Origin: Heterodontus francisci
Taxonomy: Eukaryota
Reading direction: 5' to 3'
Assembly (NCBI RefSeq): GCF_036365525.1
Contig: NC_090383.1
Location: forward strand, 120,220,531 to 120,284,530
DNA length: 64,000 nucleotides
Position numbers and translations under genes: made by a program. Every line of letters starts with the position of its first letter. Within the stretch, counting starts at the first letter, position 1. Positions 1-11,165 of the stretch are shown piece after piece. Below the pieces are notes generated by a model. It was not told the DNA's origin. It did not search any database and saw nothing but the letters and a program-made list of their open reading frames with translations.

Positions 1-727
1 TCTACACTGTCCCATCAAACACTCCCAGGACAGGTACAACACGGGGATTGGCTGCCCACTGATTTGGGAGCCTGAGTGCATCAACGAGGTGCAGCTGAGA
101 GTGCTGGTGGCAGTTGGAGGTTGCAGAGGTGGAGAGAGGAGCTACACTGAGCAAGGGAGAGCTTCTACAAACAAGCAGAGGAAAACTCCAACAACAATCA
201 CCTTTAAAAGAGAAGAAAGTGACATTCTTTTTTTTGTTGGAAACAAGGCTTTGTCTGGAGGTGGGTGCTGAACACCAGTAATTTACTTTGGACTGTTGGG
301 GGAGGAACAAGTGGCTGGAACAACAAGGGGTGGGGCTGCCAATTCAACAGGAGTCTGTGCTGCTGCAAAAGCACACAGGGAAGCTCCCTCCCCACCCCAA
401 TTGCCAAGCCTGGGTCAGCTGAAGCTGCCCAGCTAAACAGACGGAAGGGGATAGATAGTGCCTGGGCAGCTTCAGCTGACCCAGGTGAAGACGACTCCCC
501 CAACCAGAAGACCGGAAGACCAACTTCAAAGACTGTTTGTTTTAAGTGTACTGTGAGCACCACCTCCAGAAAGCAAGTCATCCCTTCCAGCCTGCCTTTG
601 CCTCTCCTCTCTTACCTCAGCCTCTCCACTAACCTGTTGTTTGTTTGTTTGTCTTTTCAAATCTTTCTGTGAATCTGTTATTTAGTGTGCAAGTCCACAA
701 TTTGGGGTGGGTTTAGCTCTTGGACCC

Positions 728-2770
728 ATGGCAAGCCCTTCATCACCGGTGGCGGGGCCCTCTACTACCTACGCAGCTGCAGCTTCTGTGGCTGCCCACG
801 TGGCCCCGTCACCCTTTAAATTATTGACATGCAGCCATGGGGTGAAGAGCTATCCCCACCCCAACATGTCTATTGAGGCCTGCGTTAAGGCAATGGCCGT
901 GGTTGTCAGCCCCTCGGCCATTGTTGCGGCCTCAAAGATGTATGGGAAGGCTGTGTTCTTTTTGAAGACCGAGCGGGCGGTGTCCCTGGCCCTGAGTAAA
1001 GGGCTCACTGTGGGGGGGACCTTCCTGCCAGTGGACCCTCTGGGGGCCACTGCGCATCGGATAATGTTGTCCAACGTCCCACCCTTCATTCCCAGTGAGC
1101 TCCTCCTCCCCCACCTGCACCATCTGGGGGAGGTGAGGTCGGGGATCACCCCAGTCCGGCTTGGTCTTCGGGAGCACAGCCTCCAACATGTCTACTCCTT
1201 CCGCCGCCAGTTATTTATGCAGCTGGCGCGGGAGGAGGACATGGAGGGCCAATTTAATGTGGAGTTCCAGGGGACGGCCTACCGCGTCTTTTGGACCTCG
1301 GACGGGGCGCAGTGCCACGTCTGCAAGGGGGTGGGGCATGTTCGGAAGAACTGCCCCAACCTCCCGGCCGCCAGCTCCACCTCGGCGGCCCAGAGTGGTT
1401 CCACAGCACCTCCTCCCACTCCCCCCGCACATCCAACAGACACCGCTCAGTCGGTTCCGGAGGCTGTGGTTTTCACAGCCTCTGGCGGGGAGGGGAGCGT
1501 CCGTCCGAGCGGAAGGAAGACGCGGGGAAAAAAGAAACATCGTGAGGCGCGTCCCCTGGACACTTTGACTCAACCCGAGCCTGAGCTCAGCCCAAAGCCC
1601 ATTCCCATGGAATCCACCTGTCCCAGGGCTGGGCTCAGGCCCAGGGTGACGAAAAAAGGAAAAAAGGGTGCGGAGGCGGAGGCCTCTGATGACATGGAGG
1701 TCTCTGAGTCTCCGCGCCCAAGTGCGAAAAAGAGGAGAAGGCACCCCTCCACAGAAATAACACAGGGCCCTGAGGTGCAGGGCCCATCTGTTGGAGGTGA
1801 GCTGCCTCCTGTTTCTGGTCCTCAGGTGCCCCCTACCGCCACCACCAAGGCTGCAAAGTCCGGGCAGGTGCTCCCTATTCCTCAGGATGGAGGGGAGGGG
1901 ATGGCCCCGGTACGTGAGGCCCCTCCTGAAGGAGTAAGTGGGGCCCTGCTTGTGGTGGGGGAGCCTGGGGAAACCGCCCATTCCGCCACTGCTACTGGGT
2001 CGGGTGTCCTGAATGAAGGGGAGGGCGAGGCCCCAGAGGGCCGGGCCTCCCAGCCGGAGTCCACCACCAACCAGGAGACACCCGACCCAGTTATAACTGA
2101 GAATGCTGCCCCATCTGCTGGGCCTGTGGGTGCTGGCGGAGCGGGAGATGGCCTCCTCTCGCCGCCTCCAGTCTCGGCTCCGGCTGGTTTCCCGGAGTCC
2201 GGAACTTCTGTCTCCCCTGGACCAGTCATTGGCCTGGGGATGGAGGTGGAGGGGGGTCCTGAACCGCTGTTGCCTACAGGCTCCAGTTTCACAATAGAAC
2301 CCAGAGAGGACTCCTCCGCCATCGATCCTGGGGGTGGGATCGTGACGGAGGCGGGACCAGCTGGCGCGGCCGGGACGTCCGCCCCACAGTGTGTGGTGGA
2401 TGTGTCGGCCGCTGGCGGTGACGACCCGGAGGAGGATGGGGATTCGGTGCGGGGCACGGAGGATGATCTTGATTCCATCGCCAGTGAGGTGGTGGAGTCC
2501 CTCGTGCCTCCCACCGAATCTCCTCTCATCCCCACGGCGGAACTCCGGGATTTCCTCGCGGCTTGCAGAGGTTGCCGCAATAAAGTTCAGCTGGCCCTCG
2601 ACCGTTGGTCGAATCTGGCGCTGATCATCCAGTCCGTCCGTGCCGCCCTTAAGATAGCGGGCAAGCGCGCGGACGTGAAACTGGTTGAGAGGCGCCGTTT
2701 TAATGTGTTCCTCAATGGGTTGCTGGGGGAGTGGAGGGCCAGGTGCACTTCCACTCCCTCCTCACAGTGA
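728..2770 (+). CDS. Tx1 ORF1p (gag-like, CCHC zinc knuckle)
   Basis: First ATG at 728 (the open frame starts at 707). Contains the CHVCKGVGHVRKNC knuckle, an RRM-like N-terminal region and a long Pro/Ala/Gly-rich spacer. Confidence 0.88.
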   Translation: MASPSSPVAGPSTTYAAAASVAAHVAPSPFKLLTCSHGVKSYPHPNMSIEACVKAMAVVVSPSAIVAASKMYGKAVFFLKTERAVSLALSKGLTVGGTFLPVDPLGATAHRIMLSNVPPFIPSELLLPHLHHLGEVRSGITPVRLGLREHSLQHVYSFRRQLFMQLAREEDMEGQFNVEFQGTAYRVFWTSDGAQCHVCKGVGHVRKNCPNLPAASSTSAAQSGSTAPPPTPPAHPTDTAQSVPEAVVFTASGGEGSVRPSGRKTRGKKKHREARPLDTLTQPEPELSPKPIPMESTCPRAGLRPRVTKKGKKGAEAEASDDMEVSESPRPSAKKRRRHPSTEITQGPEVQGPSVGGELPPVSGPQVPPTATTKAAKSGQVLPIPQDGGEGMAPVREAPPEGVSGALLVVGEPGETAHSATATGSGVLNEGEGEAPEGRASQPESTTNQETPDPVITENAAPSAGPVGAGGAGDGLLSPPPVSAPAGFPESGTSVSPGPVIGLGMEVEGGPEPLLPTGSSFTIEPREDSSAIDPGGGIVTEAGPAGAAGTSAPQCVVDVSAAGGDDPEEDGDSVRGTEDDLDSIASEVVESLVPPTESPLIPTAELRDFLAACRGCRNKVQLALDRWSNLALIIQSVRAALKIAGKRADVKLVERRRFNVFLNGLLGEWRARCTSTPSSQ

Positions 2771-2802
2771 GCTGTTGGTGACGGGTTTTACGTACCTTTG
2801 AC

Positions 2803-5800
2803 ATGAAGATAACCATAGCCAGCCTCAACATCAACGGCAGCAGAGGGGCTCACCGCAGATTTCACAATCTCTCAGTCCTTAGGGAAGGGAGATACGCGGT
2901 GAGCTTTCTGCAGGAAACCCACACCGTTCCGGGAGACGAAGCCACCTGGCTCCTGGAGTGGCAGGGTGGGGTCTACATGAGTCACCTCACCCCTATTTCT
3001 AGTGGGGTGGCTATCTTGTTGGCCCCGACTTTTCAGCCGGAGATCTTGGGGGTCAAGGAGCTAGTGCCGGGCCGCTTGCTCCACCTCGCCGTTCGCCTGG
3101 GTAGCGTGCCGCTCCACTTTGTGAACGTGTACGCGCCCAGGCCCGGCGCTTTGCAAGCGCGCTTCTTTGAAGAAGTGTCCGCTCTCTTGAGCTCCATCGA
3201 TAGCGGCGAGTGCATCATCCTCGGGGGGGATTTTAACTGCACCCTCGAGGTGGGGGATCGCTCCGGTCCCCAGCGCGGCCAAGCGTCGGTGGAGAAGTTG
3301 AGGGGACTGATCAGCTCCCTTAACTTGGTGGACGTCTGGCGGAATCTCCATCCCGACTCCAGCGCCTTCACGTGGAGGTCTGGAGGAGGGGGGTCGCGAA
3401 TCGACCGCCTCTACATTTCGCAGGCGTACGTCTCCCGTGTCTCGGCGGCCTCCATGCGGCTGGTGCCGTGCTCGGACCACCGCCTGGTGTGGGCGGAGTT
3501 CACTCCGCTCCGCACGCGGGCGGGGTCCGCGTACTGGCACTTTAACAACCGGCTGCTGGAGGACGTGCGATTTCGGGACTCGTTCTGTCGATTCTGGGCC
3601 GACTGGAGAAGGAAGCAGGGGGGCTTCCCCTCCTTGAGGCTATGGTGGGATGTGGGCAAGACTCACATCCGCGTCTTCTGTCAGGAGTACGCGAAGGGGT
3701 CGACCAAGAGGCGGGAAGCCGAGGTCGGGCGCCTTGAGAGGGAGGTGCTCGACTTGGAATCCCGCCTCGGTCATGCCGTCGCGGACCCGGCCCTGTGGCA
3801 GGCGTACAAAGAGAAGAAGGGCGCGCTGAGGAACCTGCAGCTCATAGGGTCCCGAGGCGCGTACGTGAGGTCGCGGATCCAGATCCTGGAAGATTTGGAC
3901 CGCGCCTCACCCTTCTTCTACTCGCTGGAAAAATGGCGGGGGGTCCGTAAGCAGCTCGTCGAGCTGCTGGCCGACGACGGATCCTCCATCACGGATCCGG
4001 AGAGAATGGGCCTCCTGGTCCGGACGTATTACAGTGCGTTGTTCTCTCCGGATCCGTCCAGCGGGGATGCGCGCAGAGTTTTGTGGGAGGACCTGCCGCA
4101 GGTCGGCCCGGAGGGCGCCGAAGGATTGGAGGCTCCGCTCACGTTGGCGGAGCTGACTGGCGCCCTCCACCAGCTCTCGAGGGGCAAATCCCCAGGGCTG
4201 GATGGGTTGACCGTGGAGTTCCTCAGGGCGTTCTGGGACGTCCTGGGGGACGATTACGCGCGGGTCCTGGGGGAAAGCCTGGCGACCGGGGAGATGCCCC
4301 TCTCGTGGCGCAGGGCGGTCATCGTCCTGCTGCCGAAGAGGGGCGATCTCCGCCTGCTTAAAAACTGGCGTCCGGTCTCCCTCCTCAGCACGGATTATAA
4401 GATCTTTGCCCGGGCTATGTCTACCCGCCTGGGCTCCGTGCTGGCCCACATGATCCACCCCGACCAGTCCTACACGGTCCCGGGCCGGTCCATCCAGGAC
4501 AACATCCACCTGGTCCGGGACCTGATCCATCTTTCCCAGAGGACTGGTCAGTCGGTCGCCTTTCTCTCCCTCGATCAGGAGAAGGTGTTCGACAGGGTGG
4601 ATCACGATTACCTTTTCGGGACTCTGCGCGCTTTCGGACTCGGGCCGCATTTTGTGGCCCGGGTCCGACTTTTATACGCCGCCGCAGAGTGTCTAGTCAA
4701 AGTTAACGGGTCCTTGACGGCGCCCCTTCGATTTGGGAGAGGAGTGCGTCAGGGGTGCCCCATGTCCGGCCAATTGTATACCATCTGCGTGGAGCCCTTC
4801 CTGTGCCTGCTTCGCAGGAGGTTGACGGGATTGGCTCTGCGCGAGCCGGCCATGCGGGTCGTCCTCTCGGCTTACGCCGACGACGTGCTCCTCGCAATCA
4901 CAGATCCCGTTGACTTGCGGAGGATGCGCGACTGCCAGCAGACCTTTTCTGCCGCGTCCTCCGCGAGGATCAATTGGGAGAAATGTTCCGGACTCCTGGT
5001 TGGTCAGTGGCGGGTGGACTCCCTGCCGGAGGAGATGACACCTTTTGCGTGGAGCACCACGCACCTCCTCTATCTGGGAGTCCACCTTAGCCCCGCTGAG
5101 GAAGCCTGGCCGGCAAACTGGCAGGAGTTGGAGGCGAAAGTCACCGCTCGGCTGGGGCGCTGGACAGGACTGCTCCGAGTGCTTTCCTACAGGGGCCGAG
5201 CGTTGGTCATAAACCAACTGGTGGCCTCCATGCTGTGGTACCGGTTGGTCACTTTGGCCCCGCCCCCTGTATTTGCCACCAAGATCCAGAAGAAACTCGT
5301 CGATTTCTTCTGGGGCAAGAGGAAACACTGGGTCTCTGCCGCGGTCCTGAGTCTCCCGATCGAGGAGGGCGGTCAGTCGCTGGTGTGCGTCCGCACCCAG
5401 GCTGCGACTCTCCGCCTTCGGACCCTGCAGAGATACCTGTACGTCGAGCGTCCTCCCAGATGGTGTGCGCTGGCGACGTATTTTTTCCGCCAGTGTCACT
5501 GCCTTCAAGACGACACGCAGCTCCCGGTGGAGTCCGTTAGCCGCGCCTCTCTGAGGGAGTTGCCTGTCTTTTACCGGGATCTTTTCCGAGTCTGGAACAT
5601 GGTCGCCTCCAGTCAGGGCGCTCCCCCGCCGGCGGAGGGGAGCGCCTCGGCTGTCCGGGCGGCCGACTCCGGGGACGGTCCGGCGGGCGGAGGAGTAGCC
5701 GAAACCCCCGGGACGCCCCTCACTGCGGGTGGCGAGGGGGCTCGGGAGTGCGGAGCGATCCCGGCCGAGCCGACCCCCGCTCGGCCGGAACTGCTCATCG

Positions 5801-6540
5801 GACCCAGGCCCCGAAACCCTCCTCGGGAGCCGGTCCCGCACAACCCGAGCCGCCTCTCGGAAATGCCCTCCGTGCCATTCCAATCGGCGCGGAGGGGTTT
5901 CCTGTACGGGCTGCTCCTGCACACTTTCCACTTCCTCGCCCTCGTCAGCCGGCCGGACACGCCCTGGCGGTCCGCGTTGCCATCTGGCGGCGAGGGGAAA
6001 CCCCGATGGAGGTCTCTCTACGCGGGAGTCTTCCCCCTTTACATCGGGGACCTGGGGTGGAGGGTGCTGCACAGAGCAGTCCCGTGCAATAGGCTTTTAA
6101 GTAGGTTCACGGACTCCCAGGCCACCTGTACTTTCTGCGGCCTGGACGAGTCCGTGTTCCACATTTATATGGAGTGTGCGAGGTTGCAGCCCCTATTTGA
6201 GTATCTGAAGGGGCTGCTCCTCAAATTCTGGCTGCACTTCAGTCCCACGCTCCTGATCTTTGGGCACCCGGTGCGGAGGGGCTCGGGCCGGGAGGAGGAT
6301 CTCCTCGTCGGTCTGCTCCTGGGCCTGGCCAAGGTGGCAATTCACAGGTCCAGGTTGCGGGCCGTCGGGGGGTCCGTCCTCCCCGATTGCCTGCCCCTCT
6401 TCCGCGGTTACGTTCGCGCCCGGGTGTCCCTGGAAAAGGAGCATGCGGTGTCCGCCGGTACGCTTGAGGCCTTCCGCGACCGGTGGGCACCGCAGGGACT
6501 GGAGTGCATCGTCGACGCCGAGAATGGCATTTTAATTTGA
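2803..6540 (+). CDS. Tx1 ORF2p: APE endonuclease, reverse transcriptase, C-terminal zinc finger
   Basis: 1245 aa with SLNING, LQETH, GGDFN, SDH; KSPGLDG, NWRPVSLL, RQGCP, YADD; CTFC..H...C. Confidence 0.95.
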   Translation: MKITIASLNINGSRGAHRRFHNLSVLREGRYAVSFLQETHTVPGDEATWLLEWQGGVYMSHLTPISSGVAILLAPTFQPEILGVKELVPGRLLHLAVRLGSVPLHFVNVYAPRPGALQARFFEEVSALLSSIDSGECIILGGDFNCTLEVGDRSGPQRGQASVEKLRGLISSLNLVDVWRNLHPDSSAFTWRSGGGGSRIDRLYISQAYVSRVSAASMRLVPCSDHRLVWAEFTPLRTRAGSAYWHFNNRLLEDVRFRDSFCRFWADWRRKQGGFPSLRLWWDVGKTHIRVFCQEYAKGSTKRREAEVGRLEREVLDLESRLGHAVADPALWQAYKEKKGALRNLQLIGSRGAYVRSRIQILEDLDRASPFFYSLEKWRGVRKQLVELLADDGSSITDPERMGLLVRTYYSALFSPDPSSGDARRVLWEDLPQVGPEGAEGLEAPLTLAELTGALHQLSRGKSPGLDGLTVEFLRAFWDVLGDDYARVLGESLATGEMPLSWRRAVIVLLPKRGDLRLLKNWRPVSLLSTDYKIFARAMSTRLGSVLAHMIHPDQSYTVPGRSIQDNIHLVRDLIHLSQRTGQSVAFLSLDQEKVFDRVDHDYLFGTLRAFGLGPHFVARVRLLYAAAECLVKVNGSLTAPLRFGRGVRQGCPMSGQLYTICVEPFLCLLRRRLTGLALREPAMRVVLSAYADDVLLAITDPVDLRRMRDCQQTFSAASSARINWEKCSGLLVGQWRVDSLPEEMTPFAWSTTHLLYLGVHLSPAEEAWPANWQELEAKVTARLGRWTGLLRVLSYRGRALVINQLVASMLWYRLVTLAPPPVFATKIQKKLVDFFWGKRKHWVSAAVLSLPIEEGGQSLVCVRTQAATLRLRTLQRYLYVERPPRWCALATYFFRQCHCLQDDTQLPVESVSRASLRELPVFYRDLFRVWNMVASSQGAPPPAEGSASAVRAADSGDGPAGGGVAETPGTPLTAGGEGARECGAIPAEPTPARPELLIGPRPRNPPREPVPHNPSRLSEMPSVPFQSARRGFLYGLLLHTFHFLALVSRPDTPWRSALPSGGEGKPRWRSLYAGVFPLYIGDLGWRVLHRAVPCNRLLSRFTDSQATCTFCGLDESVFHIYMECARLQPLFEYLKGLLLKFWLHFSPTLLIFGHPVRRGSGREEDLLVGLLLGLAKVAIHRSRLRAVGGSVLPDCLPLFRGYVRARVSLEKEHAVSAGTLEAFRDRWAPQGLECIVDAENGILI

Positions 6541-7002
6541 GTTTTTTTGTTTATTTATCTGTTTTAATAAAGTTATTTTAAAACTGTAAATATGTACATA
6601 AAGGGGGCCTGAGGGATAAAGGCCCCCTCGATGTGAAAAATATAAAAGGGGCCTGGGGTATAAAGGTCACCTTGAGAAAAAAAAAAAAAAAAAAAAAAAA
6701 AACGGGGTTAGATACAGAATAATGTTCATTATATGCCACCTCAGTAAAATAGCCCATCCCACATGCTCCATTCTTCCAGCCATTTCTGAGAAAAAAAAAA
6801 AAAAAAAAAAACTGTCCCATCAAACACTCCCAGGGACCTTTTACATCCTCCTGTGATCAGAAGGGCCTTCATTTTAAAATTTCATCTGAAAGATGGCACC
6901 TCTGACAGTGCAGCGCTCCCTCCGTACCGAGCTTCCGACAGTGTTGCACTCCTTCAGTACTGACCTTCCAACAGTGCAGCACTCCCTCCGTACTAAAAAA
7001 AA

Positions 7003-7158
7003 GGGTTAGATACAGAGTAAAGCTCCCTCTACACTGTCCCGTCAAACGCTGCCAGGGCAGGTATAACACAGTTAAACACAGAATAAAGCTCCCTGTACAC
7101 TGTCCCATCAATGACTCCCATGAGAGGTACTGCACGGGTTAGATACAGAGTAAAACTC
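7003..7158 (+). repeat. ~66-bp tandem repeat (GGGTTAGATACAGAGTAAAGCTCCCTCTACACTGTCCC...); pieces also at 1-46, 6702-6718 and 6811-6834
   Basis: The unit restarts at 7003 and 7136, and the same motifs flank the Tx1 element. Confidence 0.8.
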
Positions 7159-7337
7159 ATTCAGCAAAGCCAGCACAGCCACAATGGGCTGAATGGCCTC
7201 TATCTTTGCTGTAAGATCCCATGGTTCACTCGCTGACGAGATTCTCAGTTGATTAAGGGCCAGAGGGAAAGGGCTGTGAGTAAAGCGCCCAGAAAGAGCC
7301 TGAGCTTCTAGCACCAGGCGAGAAGAAGGAGGATAAT

Positions 7338-7700
7338 AAAAGTAAAATACTGCAGATGCTGGAAATCTGAAATAAAAACAGAAAGTTCTGAAAATACTCA
7401 GCAGGCCTGGCAGCATCTGTGGAGAGAGAAGCAGAGTTAATGTTTCAGGTCTGATCCTTCATCAGAACTGGCAAAGGTTAGAAATGTAATAAGTTTTAAG
7501 CAAGTGAAGTGGCGCTGGGGGGAAGAGAACAAAAGGGAAGGTGTGTGATAGGACAGAGGGCCGGAGAGATTATCTGACAAGGAAGTCATGGGGCAAAGGC
7601 AAAGAGAGTGGGCTAATGGTGTGGTGAAAGACAAAGCATTAGTGCAGAGAGAGTGTTAATGACAGAATAATGAACAGCCCTAGACAAAAGCACAAACAGA
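7338..7700 (-). mobile_element. Penelope-like element terminal-repeat fragment
   Basis: Same sequence as the 3' flank of the PLE RT remnant (61950-62310) and as 51781-52570. Confidence 0.65.
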
Positions 7701-8769
7701 AGGAGGACATTTGCAAAACTAAAAGTTAAGGTGCTGGTGACCGTATCTCAGCACCAGAATCAATGATTAAACTGGACAGCTTGATCTGGGAATGGCGGCT
7801 CTGATTCACTATGACATGATACAGTAATCATCAAAGATGCAATGGATTTTGAAAGTCCATTAGGTCCAGCAATACCTGCAGGATTAACAGGTACAGGTGA
7901 CCAGCAAGTCTTCAATAAAGCTGAAACACTGCCAGGACTCTGAAAACAATGGTTCAATCATGCAACAGCAACAACATCTTTCTCTGTGCTTCTTGTCACT
8001 TTTAAAGAGTCAGCACTGGCTCAATGAGCCAAATGACTTCCTTCTGTGCTGTAAGATTCTATGAAATCATGGTTGGGAGTTTGCTGCAGCGAAAGGTGAG
8101 CTGGTCAAACTCATGGCTCTAAGTGTTACAGCTTGGGCCATTTCTGCCCTGGAGTTGAGAGCGGCTCTGTTTATGTTAATTAGCGGGGGTGGAAATGTGA
8201 GGAGGGGTCTGGGCAAGGACAGAGGTGGAAGGAGCACTCTGGAGATGTGAGGAGGGGCTGGTGAAGGTGGGGGTGTGAGGAGAGGTCTGGGACGAGGATG
8301 TTTATTCACATTTTTGTGTTTACTTGGCTGAATTTGCCAGGCCATTTGGATTAATGAGACGGTGGTTTTATTTTCCATTGGACTGCTGTAATTATTTGCA
8401 CATTCTCTTAATATCTTTCCATTGTTTCTCTGAGATGATCATTTATATCAACTGCCTGCTTAACTTTAAACCCAGTAATCTTCACTCTGTGGGTAAAGGC
8501 TATTTTTTGTTAGCTGTGGCTCTGTGGGTAATACTAATAACTTTGAGTTAGAGATTATGGGTTCAAATGCCATTCTGGAGACTTGTATTATTCTTTCATG
8601 AGATGTGGCATCCCTAGCAAGGCTGGTATTTGTTGTCCATCCCTAATTGCACTGGAGAAGGTGGTGGCGAGCTGCCTTGAACCCCTGCAGTCCATGTGGT
8701 GTAGGGAATTCCAGGATTTTCACCCGGCGGCGATGAAGGAACAATGATACACATGAGCTTGTAATCTAA

Positions 8770-9040
8770 CTCAACATTCCCAGGGCAGTACTAAGCAAGT
8801 GCTGCATTGTGGAGGTGCCAGCTTTTGGATGAGGTGATAAATCGAGCCCTGTCTGCCCTCTCAGGTGGCTGTAAAAGATTCCAAAGCACTATTTTGAAGA
8901 AGAGCAGGGGAGTTCTCCCCAGTGTTCTGGCCAATATTTCTCCTTAAATCGATATCACAAAAACAGATTATTTGGTCATTTTCACATTGCTGTTTGTGGG
9001 AGCTTGCTGTGCACAAATTGGCTGCTGTGTTTTCCACAGG
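8770..9040 (+). mobile_element. Deu-domain-like SINE fragment (related copies near 32970-33260, 39890-40185, 54380-54725)
   Basis: Recurring ccctctcaggtgg..taaaagat..gaagagcaggggagttctcc..ctggccaa motif. The family name comes from recalled consensus. Confidence 0.55.
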
Positions 9041-10620
9041 CTAACAAGGGGTGAAATTGGCCTTTGGTCATCACGTATTGGCTGCTCAATTTTCACTGAC
9101 ATCACTGGAAAAGAAGGTTGGGTGGCTCTGAGAGCAGGTTCTGATTCACAATCATTCACTTTACAACACCGTTGAGAACAATTTAACCCTGCCAGTTTGA
9201 TAAGACAATCGGCCTCTTCTGGTTCTATTTGACATCCGCAATGTCCGTTTTCTTGCTCTCTACTTGTTCACCAGTTAAATGCTGAGATGTTGAACAGGTT
9301 GGGCTTTTCTCTCAGATCAAAATGATGGCTGAAAAGAGACCTGAAAAGTTCAATGGAAAGTCAAAGTCCATTCCCTGGTGCCTGACCAAAAAGGCAAGGG
9401 TCATCTGCTGGGAGACAACTTTCCCAAACCTTCATCTGCTTCACCCAGTCGCATTTTGTTCTAAAGACTCAAAAATGTCAGATTCCATCACAACCAGCAA
9501 TATAATGAACTTCCTCTAAAGAACATGTTACAAATCTCATTAGGTAATGTGCCTGGAAGCTGTACCTCTTTGCCTTATCGTTAATGTGTGCATGTTAAAT
9601 TGGAGCAGGCAGCCACTTGGGTCCATTATTACCCCATTTCCAAATGCACAGAATGAATGTTCAAATCTGTCTGATTCTGCTCTCTGGGCTCCTGAAACCC
9701 CTTCGAGGTAAACATCTGTCATCAACTTGATTCCACAAGATAATTAAAATCAGATAGTACATCGCTGCGGTTTTACTGTTGATGTTGAAATATTCATACT
9801 GATACACTCATGTATGCCATTCCCTGTCTCAGTCTGTTAAAGGAATGTGACAGTGTCGATCTCAGTGTACTAAACAGTGTGACAGTATGGTCAGGGAGTG
9901 TGAAAGTGAATAATTATTGAACAATGACATGTGAACACCCAGTAGCAGAATAATGCTGGCATTTTTCCCCACTATATGGGATTCCAGCTAAAATATTTAA
10001 ATAAACTACACTGTATTCTGGGTTAGTTCAGATGCACCATTGCTCAGGCACTATGAGCACAGCCAGCATCTTATTATCACTGCTGTATAAATGTAAGCCC
10101 CTTCTCTATACGGTTAGTGTGAGGTAAGTGGAACATTAGTGTCCTCTGGTGGTAGGGTGCATGTTCCTCATTTTGAAAAACTTTTTATTCCAAACTGTAA
10201 AATGTATTTTTTATATTACCTTTAATCTCTGGGCAATTTACAGGAAAGGAAAGAGGGGTTTTGAAAAGATATTTTAAAATGGGAGGGAGAAATGGAGAGA
10301 AGGAGGGGTTTAGGGGGAGAGTTCCAGAGAGTATGGACTAAAACTTTAGAAAGGGAATGGGCCAGACACAGCAGGAGTTAAAGGGTATGGATGGGATATA
10401 GAGCTGGAGGAAGTTGTAGAGACTGGGGGAGTGAGGGATGAAGAAATGGGAATGGCTGACATCTGCCAACGTGGCAAAGTCCATTGTGTATGTCTGAAAT
10501 AGTTAATGTAATGTAGTTAATGGTTATGTAAAGGAGGTCCAACACTTACACACACTGTGTGCCCAAAACTAGGCATGCCTGAGTTTCTAAGCCAATGAGT
10601 TAGCAGGACATCTTCAGGAA

Positions 10621-11165
10621 TAGAGGCATAGAGTACAAAAGTAGGGAGGTTATGCTGAACCTTTATAAAGCTCTGGTTGGGCCTCAGCTAGTGTATTGTG
10701 TCCAGTTCTGTTCACCACACTTTAGGAAGGATGTGAGGGTCCTTGAGAGGGTGCAGAGGAGATTTACCAGAATGGTTCCAGGGCTGGGGGATTTTAGTTA
10801 CAAGGTTAGATTGGAAAAACTGGGGTTGTTCTCCCTGGAGCGAAGGAGATTGAGGGGAGATTTGATAAAAGTGTGCAAGATTATGTCAGGATTAGATAAG
10901 TTATACAAGGAAAAACTGTTCCCATTAACTAATGGTACAAGGACCAGGGGGCACAGATTGAGGGTTTTGGGCAAGAGATGCAGGGGGGGATGGAGGATGT
11001 GAGAAAGAACTTTTTTACACAGCGAGTGGTAATGACCTGGAACTCGCTGCCCATGAGGGTGGTGGAAGGCGAGACAATCTACGATTTCAAAAAGAAATTG
11101 GATGGACACTTGAAAGAAATAAACTTGCAGGGCTATGGAGGTCGAGCGGGGGAGTGAGACTGACC
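10621..11165 (+). mobile_element. CR1 LINE 3' fragment
   Basis: LYKALV..YCVQF.SPH..LERVQRRFTRM..GLFSLERRRLRGDL. Confidence 0.85.

Larger units (their letters stand above)
47..6701 (+). mobile_element. Full-length Tx1-clade (L1 group) non-LTR retrotransposon
   Basis: Two open ORFs, AATAAA at 6566-6571, poly(A) at 6677-6702, and an ACGGGG duplication at 41-46 and 6702-6707. Confidence 0.92.

Noticed and set aside
850-6490. Many overlapping antisense and alternative-frame ORFs
   Set aside because: These are shadows of the GC-rich Tx1 coding sequence.
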